The translations under genes and the position numbers were made by a program. A DNA stretch of 63,361 bases, filler included, from Lenisia limosa (lineage: Eukaryota; Protista; Breviatea): assembly GCA_001655205.1 (NCBI GenBank). It is 12 parts of 12 records of this genome, joined end to end, with 100 filler letters (N's around TTAATTAATTAA, not from the genome) between each part and the next. Parts side by side here need not be neighbours in the genome. Positions count along the whole stretch, not along the records: positions 16,546 to 46,336 come from LPNZ01007106.1; 11 more parts are not named here. One strand, 5' to 3'. The notes under the pieces were generated by a model. The model worked only from the letters and a program-made list of their open reading frames with translations, did not search any database and was not told the origin of the DNA. Positions 26,001 to 38,900 of the stretch are shown here, in pieces. The first letter of the stretch is position 1. Every line of letters begins with the position of its first letter.

Positions 26001-29000
26001 TTGAAATATGAATTAGGATATCATATATTGGAACGAGATCTAATTCCATACAATACATCGTTTTCAACATTAAATACACAAGCCCTGATTATCTCAGATC
26101 GTGGATTCAGAGACCAAAAACTGGCTACTCAAGAACTATGCAACAAAAGAGGAGGTTAGGGTTGCGGTTGGATTGACTATTGTAAATCAGGTATGTCATG
26201 TCACCCATTTCTACCAAATTTAAAAAACCTAAAAAGTGAACTACTACGTAGAGTTGTCTACATGCTACTAGTGGAATTGTCTACGTCAGAACTACTAGTG
26301 GAATTGTCTTCATGTCAGTACTACTAGTGGAATTGTCTACATGTCAGAACTACTAGTGGAATTGTCTTCATGTCAGAACTACTAGTGGAATTGTCTACAT
26401 GTCAGAACTACTAGTGGAATTGTCTACATGTCAGAACTACTAGTGGAATTGTCGACATGTCAGAACTACTAGTGGAATTGTCTACATGTCAGAGCTACTA
26501 CGTGGAGTTGTCTACATGTCATAACAAAAAATGAAGGTTGCATTTGTTTTTGGAAAAATGATTTGATTCCAGATTCCGGTGAAAGTCATTGATGAAGTCT
26601 ATACATATATTATCATATGCCTTTACATAACTGCTTTAAAACTTGCACATCATATTGTGGATAATGACAGATTATTACTCATTTCTGACATAATTCCCCG
26701 TCAATTTGCTTGTTTTTGAGATTTTTTCATCGAATTTGGGGTAATCTGGGCTGCTCTACTCGNNNNNNNNNNNNNNNNNNNNNNNNNNNNNNNNNNNNNN
26801 NNNNNNNNNNNNNNNNNNNNNNNNNNNNNNNNNNNNNNNNNNNNNNNNNNNNNNNNNNNNNNNNNNNNNNNNNNNNNNNNNNNNNNNNNNNNNNNNNNNN
26901 NNNNNNNNNNNNNNNNNNNNNNNNNNNNNNNNNNNNNNNNNNNNNNNNNNNNNNNNNNNNNNNNNNNNNNNNNNNNNNNNNNNNNNNNNNNNNNNNNNNN
27001 NNNNNNNNNNNNNNNNNNNNNNNNNNNNNNNNNNNNNNNNNNNNNNNNNNNNNNNNNNNNNNNNNNNNNNNNNNCTTTTGTTTTTCTCTCCTTCTTGTCA
27101 ATCATTTTTCTTTGTTCATTTCGTAATCTCGTAGCAATCGCAAATGAGAACCCGGCTTAACAGCGTTCCAACCAGTGTAATCTTTGGTGACACACAGTCT
27201 CAGTGTTCTTCCATGGTACGTGTATGATATTCGAAAGGTTCCGTTGTTTGCAGTTTGCAATTAAATGCCAATTTTCACCTCATCAATTTCCCCCATAACC
27301 CCCCGTATTTCCACTATTTTGACCCCGTTAGATGTGCCGAATGCCAACAACTCAGTTGACGTCTCTTTCAGCCGCGACTATGAGGACCCTCTCCCGCATG
27401 GACGGCTTCAACTGTGACACTTTCGGGGTGATTCGTGACCTTGGTCCCAGCGCCTTGCCCGACTATGTTGGCGGATGTGATGGGTTTATAGGATTTGCTT
27501 CAATTTCTTGCAAAACAATGTTCTGGAGGGGGGGGGGNNNNNNNNNNAATCTGGTCAAATACTCTTTTTTCTCATATTGCGCTACTATGCATGTCTTTAC
27601 TCTTCCGCAGTTGTGGATGTGCTGTTCCAGTGCGAGCAGAAGTTGGCAAAGGTTTTGGAAACGCTTGCTGTCGAAGCGGACGGACCTGAGGCTGATGATG
27701 CTCTTGGACAGGTGAGCTTGGAGGAAGATATATAGTGACCGCGATAAGTCTTGACACGAGATAAAGCTTAATATTCGTGTTAGATCTTATCGCAGTCAGT
27801 GTGTAATACCATATACGATAGCAGAATATGCATATTTATCATATGATATACTATACATGTATATAGGTCATCATCTGATAGTATTACATATCATATATGC
27901 ATACATATGTTCATATGTATGTGAGCACTCCTTTCTTGTTGGTATTGTTTTTTCTTGGCCATGTTCTCATTCTGTTATTCTTTATTTTTATGTTATGTTG
28001 CGGGTCGGAGCAAGAAGAATGACTTTTCGTCACCATTGTAACGTCCTTCACTTTCCTAGTCAACGAACGACCCGAATCTTCCTTCCTCCAATATTCGTAT
28101 TGCCCTTCCCGAAGAGTCTGACANNNNNNNNNNACTCCTTGCTAGAGCCTTATTTTAAGCGTTTATCCTCGAATAATATCTTTATTTTCATGTGTTATTT
28201 TAAAACTCATACTTACCTTATTGATTGCTGAGGCCATTCTAATTTCTTTTACTTTTCAAATTGACATTTTGCAAGATTCATACAATTGTTTTGCGACTTG
28301 ACATCTTCCCTCAACTATCCATAAGTCCGGCAGAGTTTCACCATTTTGCCACTACGGTGGGTGACTGGACAAGTTGGATCGCTAGCCTGTTTTGATTTCA
28401 TAAATATAATGACACATATATATCATACTATATTATATATATCATATTATATACTATCATAATTATCATATGATATACTATATCGATAGGCATTAGTATA
28501 TAGTATCATAGGGCATATCTTGTTTTTTCCCACCCCCAATTCCCATGTTTTTGCTTTCGCATTTCAAATTATTCTATTCGTGATCAGTACCTATGCAATA
28601 GTGTTCTTCATCTAAATTCAGGTAATTCCACCCCCCACCAGATCTCAAATGCGTACCGGAAGAACCCTTACCACAACATGGAGCACGCAATGGATGTTTT
28701 AGCCACCGCAAATCATCTCACCAACATGGTATGAAAGAGAGTGTCATAATACTGCCTTTTTACTTTTTAAGTTTCACCCCTAAACTTTAAAACACTTTGA
28801 CCCTATATGGATACTCATGATATACTTAAAACGAATACTGTATTTTTTGGGGATTCAGTAACATTACTTCTGGATTTTTATTTTACAGAACACTGTCAGC
28901 TTCTTCCTCTCCCCTATCGAAAGTAAGGAGGAGGACACATAAATAAGAAGAATACCTTGGTCAGGCACTTTCTGTGATCACTTTCTTGTTGCCATCTGTC

Positions 29001-31028
29001 GTTTCTGAAAATATAATAGCTACCGCATTGTTTTCGTTTATTTTGTCTTGCCCTAATTTCAATATTTTGATTATGTTTGACAGGAACGCTTGTTTTGGGA
29101 TATTCCTAACATGTCACTTCAATTGGTATCAGTTTTACTTCCTAGAATTCTCGCTATTGTTTGCAGCACTGTGTCATGATATCGATCACCCGGGCGTGAA
29201 CAACACCTTCCTAATTGAGACTCTTGATCCCTTAGGTCTACTGGGGGCTGGATAAAGGTTTTGTTCTTTCTATCTCTTGATAAGATCAATTCTGAAACTT
29301 CCTTCATTTCTTGAATGTATCCAAAACACTTGCTGCGCGTCTCACCACCCAGCTTTGAAGCACAACGACCAATCCGTTCTAGAGAGGCATCACTGCTCTC
29401 TTGCTTTTGAGGTATTCACAATAACACCACCTTCCAATCACCATATACTATATCATATCATCTATTTAATATCTGATTGTATTTCTAAATGAATAAAATG
29501 AGGTTTCACTTTTCTTTCTGCCTCACTACCACACCCTTATGGTATGCTGTAACCCATTTAGCTTGCACATGGCATGAACCTGTTCGAAAACACGCCCAAA
29601 TCTATATATAAGGAGGTGCGCGAATATTAAATGAAAAGGAATTCTACTTAATTGGTTCTTCTTACAAATAATGAGTTATGTAAAATCTTGAAATTGGCTT
29701 TGATTTCTTTTTTTCTGACCCTCCACTCAGATCCGCACTTTGGTTGTGGACCTCATTCTTGCAACTGGTAAGGGCTGAAGAGGTAACTGACTTGTAATTG
29801 GATAATGGACAATGTTTTTGATATGTGCACATTGTACTTATGTAGAATTGAGAAATAACTGTATTAGACACGAAGTTCTCAAACGTCAAAGTTTGTGTCA
29901 ACGACGATTAAAAAAATTGCATCATATATCCATACTATATAATATAAGATGTATGTTTATGCCCAATGACAACTGCAGATATGGCGAAACACTTCTCCTT
30001 GATTAATGCTTTCCGGTCAGTCACCTTGTTGGACCGAGGTAGGAAATAGCTGGGTGACTTTGACCAAAAAACCCTTTTTTTAGCGAATTTTTTTCCCTAT
30101 CACATAATATAGTTTAATTTTTCATACCGAGCAGATGACTTCGACTTTTCAACAACGGCCCAACGCACCTCACTTCTTCAAATGGCAATTAAAGTGGGGA
30201 TAATATACATAGTAGCGTTTTGATATCTTTCTCTTGGGACGTAAATAGAAACAACCATTGACCCGCAACTTGTCACCATTGACCATTCACAGGTAGCGGA
30301 TATTGCGCACACGGCTAAAAGTGTGGACTTTACCGTCAAATGGACAGCTGTGAGGCGTGGAGGGGGTGACATGGGTGGAATGGAATAGAATGTTGCTCCT
30401 CTCTGTTTCTGCATTCTATCTAGTATATAAATGCAGTGAAATGTGATATTTTTTAAACAAAAGTGAATAATATACGTCAATAAATATGAATTCTGACCCC
30501 ATTTGCTCATTTCCTGATAATTTAGCGCATTAATTCTGAGTTTTTTGCGCAAGGAGACAAAGAGGTGTGTGAGTATAATTTGATGTACATCCGATTATTC
30601 AATCAACTTTTGGAGATGTTTAATACCAATATTCAATCAACTTTTGGAGAACGGCTAATACCGGGTAAGAGAAGTCGAAGTTTAGAAGAATAAAACACTT
30701 TGCCTCCCTCTCACCCCCCTCCCCCAGGCTATGAAGGACCTCCCAGTCAGCCCCTTTATGGACAGAGGCTCGATGGACATTCCAAAGTCGCAGCTTGGCT
30801 TCTTGGACTTCGTTGTCAAGGTGAGTCCAATAATGTCTTCTCTCTCCCAGCCCCCTTCACACAATCCTGACTCTTTCACACCTGACATATTAGCCTCTTT
30901 TTGCTGCCTGGACCGAAGTGTCGAAGGACCCCAGCCTCATGCAGTCTCTAGAGAGAAACCGCGAGTATTGGCACACGTGGGGGGTAGAGGCGGCCTTTTG
31001 TCGAGTATTGGCACACGGGGATTCCTAA
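23021..31028 (+). CDS. Class I cyclic-nucleotide phosphodiesterase with 6-TM N-terminus (copy B; exact start and last exon uncertain)
   Basis: Exons NFFNEFLDPELEREFREYHL, six TM segments, GYRRFDLSTRKEFILQRNLQLENARMAKQLG, NPYHNMEHAMDV, ALCHDIDHPGVNN, ERHH, LATDMAKH, KVADIAH, EFFAQGDKE, PFMDR..SQLGFLDFVV and PLFAAW..NREYW. Metal-binding His/Asp residues and the invariant Gln are present. Confidence 0.92.
26239..26521. repeat. 29-bp minisatellite, about 9-10 copies, intronic in PDE-B
   Basis: Unit gtcagaactactagtggaattgtctacat repeated head to tail with no spacers. Confidence 0.95.
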
Positions 31029-31819
31029 ATCTGAGTGATTCCTCAATATAGAGAAGACGGATTGGTACATATCGTATTATTTGCGTATGGTAATGAAGTT
31101 TTGGCTTGACCCCTTTTTTTGTCATCCCTCACCCTAGTAGCCAAAAGGAAAATGGTATTTCAAGTGTTCCTGGCATTTCCCAAACTGAAGGTCTTGCACC
31201 CCATGTAAGCAGAGTAGGCCGTTTGTTCTGTCATTTATCAATCTTATAAAAGCTTAAAAGGAGTTCATCTTTATCGCTTTATCCCCGATCTGCGAAAGGT
31301 TCCTGTTTTTATCTGGGATGTCTGAAAAGAAATACTTTTTGTCTGTTGTTTACCACACAGAATTCTGTTGTGACATTGCAATCGTTGCAGACCTCCCCAC
31401 TCCTGTAAAATGCTGTGGCTGAATTCTCTTTGTTGAAATAAGTGTTATTATTGTATGTGTTGTATGTTTTGTATGGTCATGCTATGTGAATTATTTGTAT
31501 TTTATTGGGTTTTGTGATGTATTTGCCACACTGTCTATTCTCTCCATTGCTACATATCATAGTTACTGCACATCCCAACCAAGAATTCTAATACCACACT
31601 GCATAATATTTACAACCAATGACCATAACTATTACTTTGAGCAAATCCTCAACAGATTCTTAGGATATCGGCTCCGATTTTTCAGCTTTTCTAACAGAAA
31701 TAGGACTGCTTGATTCTTGATATTGAATCCAATTAATTGATGATAACAATACTGTTTTTACAACAAGAGAATCCTCTGAATAATGTAGAATGGTAAAGAA
31801 ACAAACGACCTAAAACGTT

Positions 31820-32480
31820 CATACCTCCCCATGCAATCCATTCCAGAAAATTGATTGGGAATTCGATTCTCCTAAATTCAAAAAGGTATCCACTGAGCGC
31901 ATATTTTGGACCTCTTGAACTAAGTACCAGACCTCATATGGAAAGTGTGAGATGGCCTTGTGTATGTCAGCACAGTGTCTTCTCAAGGTTAGGCAGTCAG
32001 GTTTTCTATCAAAAATGAATCTCATTTGCTTAATTCAATTTGTTTCAATCACATAAACTGTAAATAAAGTGGTACTTCACTAGTACGAATATTGTTGTCT
32101 TTTTCACCCTTGTCTCTGAAAGTAGAAATCTGAAATTTTGAAATACCTTGTAGAATCCGCTGATAATTGAAAAGAAAGTTGAAAATGAGATTATATATAA
32201 ATTATCATCATCTATATATGATGTAATATATGTATTGTATATGATATCACCAGTGAACTGCAACATCAATGATATTTTGGAATACTCACAGGGCAGCCAA
32301 ACATACAAAGAAGAGATGAGCCAGAAAACCTTGGTGTAATGGGCAATGCTAGCAATGAGCTATGATACATGGCACTGTAGACCCGCCTACTCCCCAACAA
32401 TGCCCTGGTTTTTAGTTCTGATGGCGGTAAGGTTACAAACATACTCCGCAATAACTTTGACAACAATATCCAAAATCAAA
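31820..32480 (-). pseudogene. Partial, internally deleted inverted copy of the neighbouring cyclase-like receptor
   Basis: VVKVIAEYVCNLTAIRTKNQGIVGE|FSGSSLLCMFGCP and YEVWYLVQEVQ match exons at 38410-38600 and 40020-40080, and the intron sequence is also similar. The intervening GISHG, VNLAARL and VKVQG exons are absent, and a stop follows FGCP. Confidence 0.6.
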
Positions 32481-32977
32481 CTGAACTCAACCACTAAAGG
32501 TGACCTGATGGCTGTTTCCCATGTGTTACCTGAAAACTATCCATATTTGGCAAGCCAGTTGTTTTGTTTTGTAATTACCTGACTCTCCATCCACCTATTT
32601 ATGCCGCCCAGTGTGTATTCAATAAAGCAAATCACCGACATGACATACCTAATACGGCAAGTTGTCTCGTAATTACATTACAAACAAAGGGCCCGTGGCT
32701 TTTGGTTGATAATCAGTTCAAAATCAAACATCACCATTTGGTTTATCAAGAGCAATACACTAGTAAAATAGAGCAGTAAGAGTGAGCTCTTTCTTTCCGT
32801 GCACCCTTACCGATCCTCCTCTCGCCCCTTCTTCCCCTCTTCCCTCTCAAACAGGAGATAAGTCAATGGGTACCTCATCTCAATAAATCACCTCGTCAAC
32901 TCAGCGATCATTACACGTTCCTTCTGAACTTGTGTTGATTCCGAAGTAACCAGGACAGTAATGTAACCTTCAACACA

Positions 32978-35900
32978 ATGACGCTCCCATCCCCCCGGTT
33001 TCTGAAGGAGGGGTGGGAGGCTCCCCTTAGCCCTTTCCCAAGCGAAAAAGACCTACAGTTGTTGGGCAGGTATGTGGTTGAGTTCAGTTTGATCTGGGGA
33101 TGGGAAACACACCCTCTTTTGTGAAAATGACAAGAAATGGCAATTTGGATAGTAATTTATTTGTATTTTTAGGGTATTGCTTTGTCTTGGGATATACTGA
33201 GCTGTTAATTAGTATGAGCTTAGAAATATGTATTCATATTCATTGATTTGTTACTTGTCTTATTTGATTCTTCACACTGAATCAACACATTTAGAATTGC
33301 CTTTACATTTTGAGAAGTTACCCTCAAGGTTTTTCCAGAATCCTGAGCATCAACTCCATGCCCACTCATCTGATCATCACACCGCAATTAATTCATTTGA
33401 AACGGTATACAATGTAACTGTTTATTTATGTGAATTGAAACAAGAAATTGTCTCATTTTGCCAGGTTGAACCCCCCAGTCCGCCTCTAGAGACTAAGAGA
33501 GCTGGCCGCTTTCGAAATATCAGTTTCACGCTTATCTTGGTATCTATGTGAGCTGAATGCCAAATTTCATAAGAATTTACCTTGTTTTTCAGCAATATTT
33601 GTTCTCGAAATGTATTGAATAATTGGAACCAAAGCGAACCCTGTTTCTTTCATTCTTTCTCATTCTGAAGATTAGGGACTATAGCAGTGTTGTATGTCGT
33701 CTTTTCATTTCAAATATTTGTCGTCTCTGAATCACAAAAGGCAACTGTTGTTGACACTTGCGAGGGAACACTCCAAAGTAACGTCCACCGTGTTTGCTGC
33801 TGTTCCACACATGGAAATTAAATCTTCTTAGAGTGTTGTAATGAATGTGCTACTCAATCAAATTTCTTCTTTCATATGTATATTATTTTAACATCAAAAC
33901 ATAGAGAGCTCCTCTAATGTGAGTAGATTTCAGAACACATCACCACAACAGTCACGCAGGTTGTAGTTGGCTCCTTGAAGGTATTATTTCTGTTACTCTT
34001 CACTTCACATTAACAACGAAGAATATGAATCTTGAGTTGGAGTCTCTGTTCAGTTCTCTGATTGCACTAAATTTCACCAAGGACTACAACGTTCTTCGAT
34101 CCATAATGTGGAGGTAGGCCGCAGGTTGTTAATAGAAAGGAGTTTGCCCTATGGTTTAACAATACATATCATATATTTGAACCTTGACTATTTACTTTAA
34201 GGGAAAGGTTATTCTCCTTAGATCCATTTAAACCTGTTTTAAGGGTAACACAAGGACGTTCATACATGAACCTCTTCCTCTGGGTTGAAAAGATCGGCTT
34301 CCTTTACTACGACCCACTCAATGATGATGTAACCCAGCCGATGATTGGTTCTTACTTTCTCAACAGCTCTGATGCAGAGCACTGTAACCACTGCCCATAC
34401 CGAGGACCCGTGGGTTTTGAGAAATAAGTTGCGTTTTGGTCACTGTCATGAGTGGTGTTGAATAATAGTATTCTATATGACTAGGGTTTCACTTCGGTTT
34501 GAAAAAAACCAGTAAAATATCGATAGTTTTCGAAGATTTATCGAAAAATTCAGTCTTTTTCCGAAGTAAAGCCCAATATATGACTAACCTCAAGAACCAA
34601 TAAAAATGCAGGAAAATCCTTACTTCTTCGCGGCTCGAGCCTCTCACATTGGGCTGCCCCTCCCAACTGAGGAAAGGGAAGCCGACTTCTCTGGATGGGT
34701 CTACTCTTCCAGGTATGGGACACCATGCCTTGTACTGTTTCATGCAAAACAAATAAAGTGCCTTTTTCTCTCGCTGTTGAGAAAACTGGTGGACTAAAGC
34801 AAAGCCCTGTTGCATTAAATTATTTTCTACAGGCCTTGGTACGTAACTGCTGTTGAGTCACCAGGCAAAAAGGTTTGCTTGAGAGGTCACTTGCGTCAAT
34901 CGACTATATATTTCAGGATTACGATGATAAACAGTCAATAATCTCATTTGTTTTTGAAATACAAATAAATGTCCCGTTTTAACATTATGATTTTTTGACT
35001 TAATATTCTCTGTCTGGACCAACAGTTCTTGGGATTTCCTATTTGATCTCATTTTTAGCAAAAAGATTTTATCATATTTGCAGAAATGGACCCCAGTTTA
35101 CCCCTATTACACGGGTTACCCAGGAATTGACCTTGTACTCTCCCTCTATGTTAGTCAATGGAAGTGGTCTCTCTTTACATCGCGTGGAAAGTCATTATTT
35201 TGCCTATAGTAAGACACAATGGTAGTCATAAATAAGAACAAACTTTAGACAAAGTTGACCACGAGTGTGCATTATAAGACACAATTGCATAGACAATACA
35301 CTTTGGGATGCCTCATCCTCTATTGATACAGCTAACTCATTGTACTTGAACTAATCTTAAAACCTTCAAAAAGAATCAAAGTAAGGCCATGTTGATAAAA
35401 TTCAGAGTAACGATACGCTTCAGGCAGTTACACCGGCAAAAAGCTGGTCTACCTCTGCTGACGGTGCTCTCGGTTAGCTTTGGGTGAGGATCTGACCTCT
35501 TAAATGTTGGTGGAAATTGTTATTGGTTGGGAAATTTATACCTGACACTTTGGATAAAGTATGATGTATCATGTGAGAGATGGAAAATATATTTATTAAG
35601 GACTTACAATCATTCTAAGAGATAGAATTGACCATGCACCTTGCTAAACTGATTATGTTATCCATCACTGCAGGTCGAGGTACATTGGAGTTTGTTGGAG
35701 CAGTGTCATTTACAGGGAACATCTTAGTGGGTATTTTTCAGGTATGCAGGACTTGGTTTCATTTGTAAATTAATTATGTCAGGGAGACTAAACTATACGA
35801 ATTTTTTTAATAAATCATACGATATATTGGGCAACATTTAACCATCTCCTTGAACGTTTTAATAGTTACTCCTCATAACCCAGCGGTTGTGTAGTAATGA

Positions 35901-38900
35901 AGATTGAAATAGTAAACCGTTTATTATAGACGATCTTATCTTTGAAATTATTACTTTCAGGAAACGTTCCTCCCGGCCCAAGCCAAGTTATGGATGTTTA
36001 TTGGGGACAATTACGGACTGATGGCGCAATATACCAAGGCAAGTGCAAACTTGACTTTTGAAGATGTATGCCTGGGAGTGTTCTAATGATGATTTGATAT
36101 CACTTTGGTTCGGAAAAATATCGATAGATTTCAAGGGATTATCGAGAAATTCAGTCTTTTTTCGAACCGAAGTGAAGCCCCTTACCTGTGACACAGGAAA
36201 TTCAGAGTGGTTTGACATATTCAACTCAGCTTGTTAATTTCCAATAATGCAGTTTTGCATTTCTTATCCCTTTGATTTCAGGAAAGAGAATGGAACCATT
36301 CAGAGCAGTGCTGTAAATTTATTTACATATAATACCACGATCAATCGATTCAGTATTGTTGTTTGAGTAATTCGGTATAGTCGCTGCACACAGAACAGAT
36401 ACGAGACTTTTTGATGAAACATGAGAACGGGACCTATAACGCTGAAATTCGGTACCGAGGTAAGCAATTTTGTAGTTGTACCTTCTAAATAAGTAAGAGC
36501 AGGTTCACAGTTCAAGGCAAGAAATTGGGAATATTCGAGATAAACTATGTCTTTTTGCAACATACAGCAGTTTGTTTCAAATATACATTTTGAGTAGAAT
36601 ATTTAATCTTACATTGGGTACTTAATAATACTCTTAACAGATAGATATCTTTGATAAATATAATGGTTACCATCATTGGTCTCTTACTTGCTGGTAGAAG
36701 GGTTTTCCAGCAAATTTCGGACCTTTTTCTACGAGGTGTACTCTGGAGAAACTGCTTCACTTTCTGTAAGCTTCTCGAACTATCCATCACAGAAACTAGT
36801 TATTAAACCAAAAAATTAAATAAAATAACAATTTAGATGATTCACATCACAGATGTGAATGGAATTAAGCTGCATATTGCGGTTTCCATCCCCCGGACCC
36901 AGAATGAGGCATTTGAGGAGTTTGATGACTACGTTATCCGCGTGGATGAGAGTGAAGTTCAGAATCTGTTGGTTATGGGCATTGGCGGTTGGACATGTGA
37001 TATTTGGGCTTAATTTTGACGTTAGATTATTGATACAATGACAATGAACAATTGTGTGCCTTTAAGAACCGATATACATGTAAATGACAGTCTACTCTTA
37101 AAAACAGATCAGTCTCCAGGTTTACCCCATCAGAGCTCTATTGGCATACACTCTGACGTCGACATGCGTTCTCTGTACACTGGTGTTGGTGCTATTGGTG
37201 GTGGTCGTTGCTCGGCCAATCCATACCCTTGTCAAAGAGTTTGAGGAATTAACTGCGGCGTCATTTCAGGCAAAATAATTTCATCTTCGATGAATATCAA
37301 ATCTCTTTTGTATCTTCAAAACTGGGAAAGCTTATCGTCACGAGGGTGCAGGTGACTATGTAATATGTATCAAAAGAAATTTCGTTTTTACATTATTGCT
37401 GAACACAAGATTATGATAATTGTCACTGTCGGCTCTTTAGGCTGAATGAAACCGCCATGCACCACTACCTCCTCAGAAAGTGAGAAGGGTGATGAAAACT
37501 ATGGATCATCCATAAATGTATAATTGAGTCCTCATTTGAATTGTGACATGATGTTTGGTAAGCAAACCAAATTCATGTGATATCTAAATCAAAATATTGT
37601 GATAACTCAATTTTAGTTCAAAATCCATTGTAGTTGAGACTCGAGTTATGCAATCTGCTATCTCCAAACTGCAGGTTTGTGATTAATTATTATTCAGAGA
37701 TTGAATGTTTGCCGTAATAAATAGTGTGTTATTTTACTGTATTTGAAAAATTGTGAATTTGAAACCTTATTGCTGATTGTTTCGATGATATGAAATAGAG
37801 TATTCAGTAATAAGACTGACATTCTCAGGAAACAGTGGCAGCATTCAGCCAGTACATTCCAAACGAGGTGGCTAATAGCCTAGCTTTCCAACAAAATGTT
37901 GCAACGGTGGGGATTTATGAGTTTCACAATCATATCTGAACCTGTCGTAAGTTTATCGGCAATGTATTTTTGAAGAATGTTATTAAGGAGAGACTATCAC
38001 TCATTTAGGTCTCAATGAGCACTCAAATTGCCGCGTATGTTTGATATGACATACTAAGGATTATTATCATTTGTACAATGGGTGTTGTAACTTCAATATT
38101 TTCAAATTCAAGCATAAAAGAATTAGTCTTTTGTGGAATGTCTTCATCATGGTCAGAATCATGTTTGTGAAGTACAACGGGCTTCTTAAAGCCTTTGAAG
38201 GTTGGTGGCTTTGTATTGTTTTACTCTTAATCATGTGATATGTAGTATGTAATATAAACGCAATTATTTAAAAATACCTCAATAGAAACTTATTTACGAG
38301 AACATATTGTATATATGATATACTATATATAATAACGGATTTTTTGAACACTATCACAATGTTATTTTAGCCAATTCTCCATGATAAATAATCTCGTAGA
38401 ACTTACAGCAGCATGTGTTGTCAAAGTTATTGCGGAGTATGTTGGCAACATCACCGCTATCATAACTGAAAATCAGGGCGTTGTCGGGGAGTAGGCAGGT
38501 CTATAATGTATCAAAAACATTCTCACTGTTCATTGCCACACGTAAACCAATGCCACTCTAGGTTTTCAGGCTCGTGCCTTCTTTGTATTTTCGGCTGCCC
38601 TGTGAGTATTCTCCAGTCCGAAGCAAAGGCATGCAGAAGCAGTCTACAAATAGCAGTCTACTTGCCCACATTCCAAGATATAATTAATGTGAGTGACAAT
38701 ATTCCTAGTTTGGCAAATAATACACTAAATCCAAAAAATAGGGTTGAAGTGTTTCGCTTTTGCTTTTGAAAAATGCAAGATGTTCATACCATGAGCAACA
38801 GTGAACAAGTCCTTTGAATGTTAATTTGACAAAACAGTAGAGTATCAGCTCATTATCACCTAGTGGGCGTCGATATTTCCACGTTACATGTGCATGTGCA

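Noticed and set aside
26239-26521. CRISPR-like array
   Set aside because: The repeats are contiguous with no unique spacers, there are no cas genes, and the context is a eukaryotic intron.
27548-28103. Extra coding-like exons (VVDVLFQCEQKLAKVLE..., STNDPNLPSS...) inside a PDE-B intron
   Set aside because: The segment is bounded by two small N gaps and has no counterpart in PDE-A, whose flanking exons join in phase without it. It is most likely a mis-scaffolded piece of another gene.
36030-36070. GC-AG intron in the cyclase-like gene (AAG|GCAAGT)
   Set aside because: The frame stays open to a canonical GT donor (GAT|GTATGC) about 25 nt later.
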